A DNA stretch of 64,000 nucleotides. Source: Entomortierella parvispora E1425. Its lineage: Eukaryota > Fungi > Mortierellomycota. Both the position numbers and the translations under genes were made by a program. The DNA is taken from positions 2,356,001-2,420,000 of the forward strand of contig BQFW01000015.1 of the NCBI GenBank assembly GCA_020891255.1, read 5' to 3'. This document shows positions 62,348 through 64,000 of the stretch, piece after piece. The number at the start of each line of letters is the position of its first letter. Positions within the stretch are counted from its first letter, which is position 1. The notes below the pieces were generated by a model that was not told the origin of the DNA, did no database searches, and saw only the letters and a program-made list of their open reading frames with translations.

Positions 62348-63106
62348 TTAGGAGTAGTCGCCGCCGAGGACAGACTTGCATCCATAGGTGGAGCGGTTCA
62401 CGGGGCAGTCGGACTTGTTCTTGCAGCAACGGATGCAGTAGATCTGAGCATCTGGCTCGGTCAATTGGACAAACGAAGCGTAGCCGGCGCAAGTGGCACC
62501 AACGGGGGCGCGCATGTCGTACTGACCACCACCGTCCTTGGGCGAGAGGCCATACTTGGAACGGTCCATACGACCGGTGATCTGGACGTATCCCTTGCTG
62601 GGGTTGGAGACGAAATGAGCAGACTGGATAAAACCAGAGGGCAAGACACGGGCCTTGGTCGCGCCATAGACGTTGTCCTTGGTACAGAAAGCCACCGCAC
62701 GGTCCTCGTTCTCGGCAATGTCACCGCCATAGCCTGGGGGCAAGAAGATGCAGAAGTTGCTGGCATCCCAGATGGCACCGGTCTGACCAGACTTGCCGGG
62801 CTTCACGGAGGGAAGGGGAGAGGCAGAGGTGGTGCGAGTCGTGGTAGTGTGAGCAGCAGTGGTGGTGGGGACTGCAGTCGTAATGGCATGGGTGGTAGTA
62901 GTGGTAGGCTTCTTGGTGGTAGTGGTGGTTGTATGCTTCTTGGTAGTGGTCGTGGTATGCTTCTTGGTGGTGGTGGTATGCTTCTTAGTGGTTGTGTGCT
63001 TCTTGGTGGTGGTCGTGTGCTTCTTCTTCTTGTCGACAGCAGCGCCAGAGACGAGACTGATCAAGACAGCCAACACCAAGGCGATCAGGAAGATGGAGGA
63101 ACGCAT
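62348..63106 (-). CDS. Secreted Cys-rich protein (copy B) with a KKH-Thr repeat stalk; intronless; 252 aa
   Basis: Signal peptide MRSSIFLIALVLAVLISLVSGA; same Cys-rich domain as 57687-58411, ending VLGGDYS; Thr-rich insertion before the domain. Confidence 0.9.
   Translation of the reverse strand: MRSSIFLIALVLAVLISLVSGAAVDKKKKHTTTTKKHTTTKKHTTTTKKHTTTTTKKHTTTTTTKKPTTTTTHAITTAVPTTTAAHTTTTRTTSASPLPSVKPGKSGQTGAIWDASNFCIFLPPGYGGDIAENEDRAVAFCTKDNVYGATKARVLPSGFIQSAHFVSNPSKGYVQITGRMDRSKYGLSPKDGGGQYDMRAPVGATCAGYASFVQLTEPDAQIYCIRCCKNKSDCPVNRSTYGCKSVLGGDYS
62891..63031 (-). repeat. Coding tandem repeat K-K-H-T(3-6)
   Basis: KKHTTTT KKHTTT KKHTTTT KKHTTTTT KKHTTTTTT KKPTTTTT. Confidence 0.92.
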
Positions 63107-64000
63107 ACTGAGTATCCTTTTTTTTAATGAGAGAAAAGTAGAAAGGGAAGAATGGGCTGCTCTTTAGAAAGTGGCGAGGAAGGTCTGTCCTTTTATATTC
63201 TCCACGAGCTTTGTCAGAAAGAAGGGCGTAAAGGGCGACTGCGCGTAACCCTCCAGCGAAGAAACAGACAGATCAGAGAGAGATAAAGGAACAAAGCTAT
63301 TAATATCAAGTTGGCAGAGACAGACAGACAGAAAGAGAGAGAGGAAAGAGCTGAGAAAGAAGGGCAGCGACAAGTTCCGAACGCGGTGGGGAACGAATAG
63401 GAGGACAGCCGGACGATCGCTGTCAACGATTTCTATTTTTTTCTATTTTGTCAAAGTTTGGTCGTCCATCCAGCGCAGGCTCTCTGGCGTGTTTGTCGGA
63501 TGCGGCAACGGGCAAACCTTCAATCCTGCGAACGCAGACTGTTGAGTCCGCTTTTAGCACAGGGGTGGGGTGCGTGTGGACTGGTAATGTCCAATTGTCG
63601 CCCAATTCATATAGCAAGTCTCAAGGAGCTCGCTCGTTCACTCCCTCTGCTGGACATCCGAAACTTGGACCAGTGTACTGGATCGTGTTCCGGGTTAGGT
63701 CCGTTCACAGTTACGTAGATATCCTCCTCCAGCTAAAACGGTCAATCGGGCGCCATGAAGTCGGTGTCTCCTTTTTTTGAGAAGAGGTGGATGAACAGAT
63801 CTATGAGAAGGCGCAAAAAAAAAAAGAGAAATAAAGACACGTTCTATTTCTCCAACTCTCCTGTCCTGGTAATATCCGTAGTTCCGTCCTTGCAGAAAAG
63901 AGCTCTTGTTTCGGGGTACCGTGTCCTTCCCCAAGTGTCCACCTGGATGATGGAACTACCGGATTCATGGTGCCCACGTTCTCACTACCGCCTCCTTTGG

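Noticed and set aside
63423-64000. Possible gene start at the right edge
   Set aside because: Several short open frames and weak splice-like sites are present, but I could not assemble a consistent model or recognise a product.

Overview
Gene-dense, intron-rich fungal genomic window. Intron style, the F-box/LRR type and the gene set suggest Mortierellaceae or a related early-diverging fungus (inference). I reconstructed about 18 protein-coding loci by joining ORF-track fragments at GT-AG junctions by hand. In order: WSC sensor, SCAMP, GNL1, a DUF1774-like membrane protein, an F-box/LRR protein (apparent 1-bp frameshift), STE12 with C2H2 fingers, MSH6, two head-to-head acid sphingomyelinase paralogues, a spliced Dbp5-derived pseudo-helicase, a Dpb3/POLE4-like histone-fold protein, GH35 beta-galactosidase, a Whi5/Nrm1-like repressor, an orphan single-pass membrane protein, an MBOAT lysophospholipid acyltransferase, a MiT/TFE/Rtg3-like bHLH-ZIP, and an Argonaute flanked by two convergent paralogues of a secreted Cys-rich protein. 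No rRNA, tRNA or CRISPR array was recognised. Four observations stand out. (1) A hidden 4-exon gene encodes only the N-terminal RecA domain of a Dbp5/DDX19-like helicase; its catalytic motifs are destroyed (GKT->AYN, DEAD->DRMD, SAT->TEY) but its ORF and splice sites are intact. (2) An otherwise complete DEDH Argonaute is split by one in-frame TAA, followed by an ATG that opens the MID-PIWI half. (3) The inverted sphingomyelinase pair shares 113-bp (100%) and 90-bp (89/90) identity tracts, which suggests gene conversion. (4) Both sphingomyelinases carry a conserved dibasic-site-flanked C-terminal Cys peptide.
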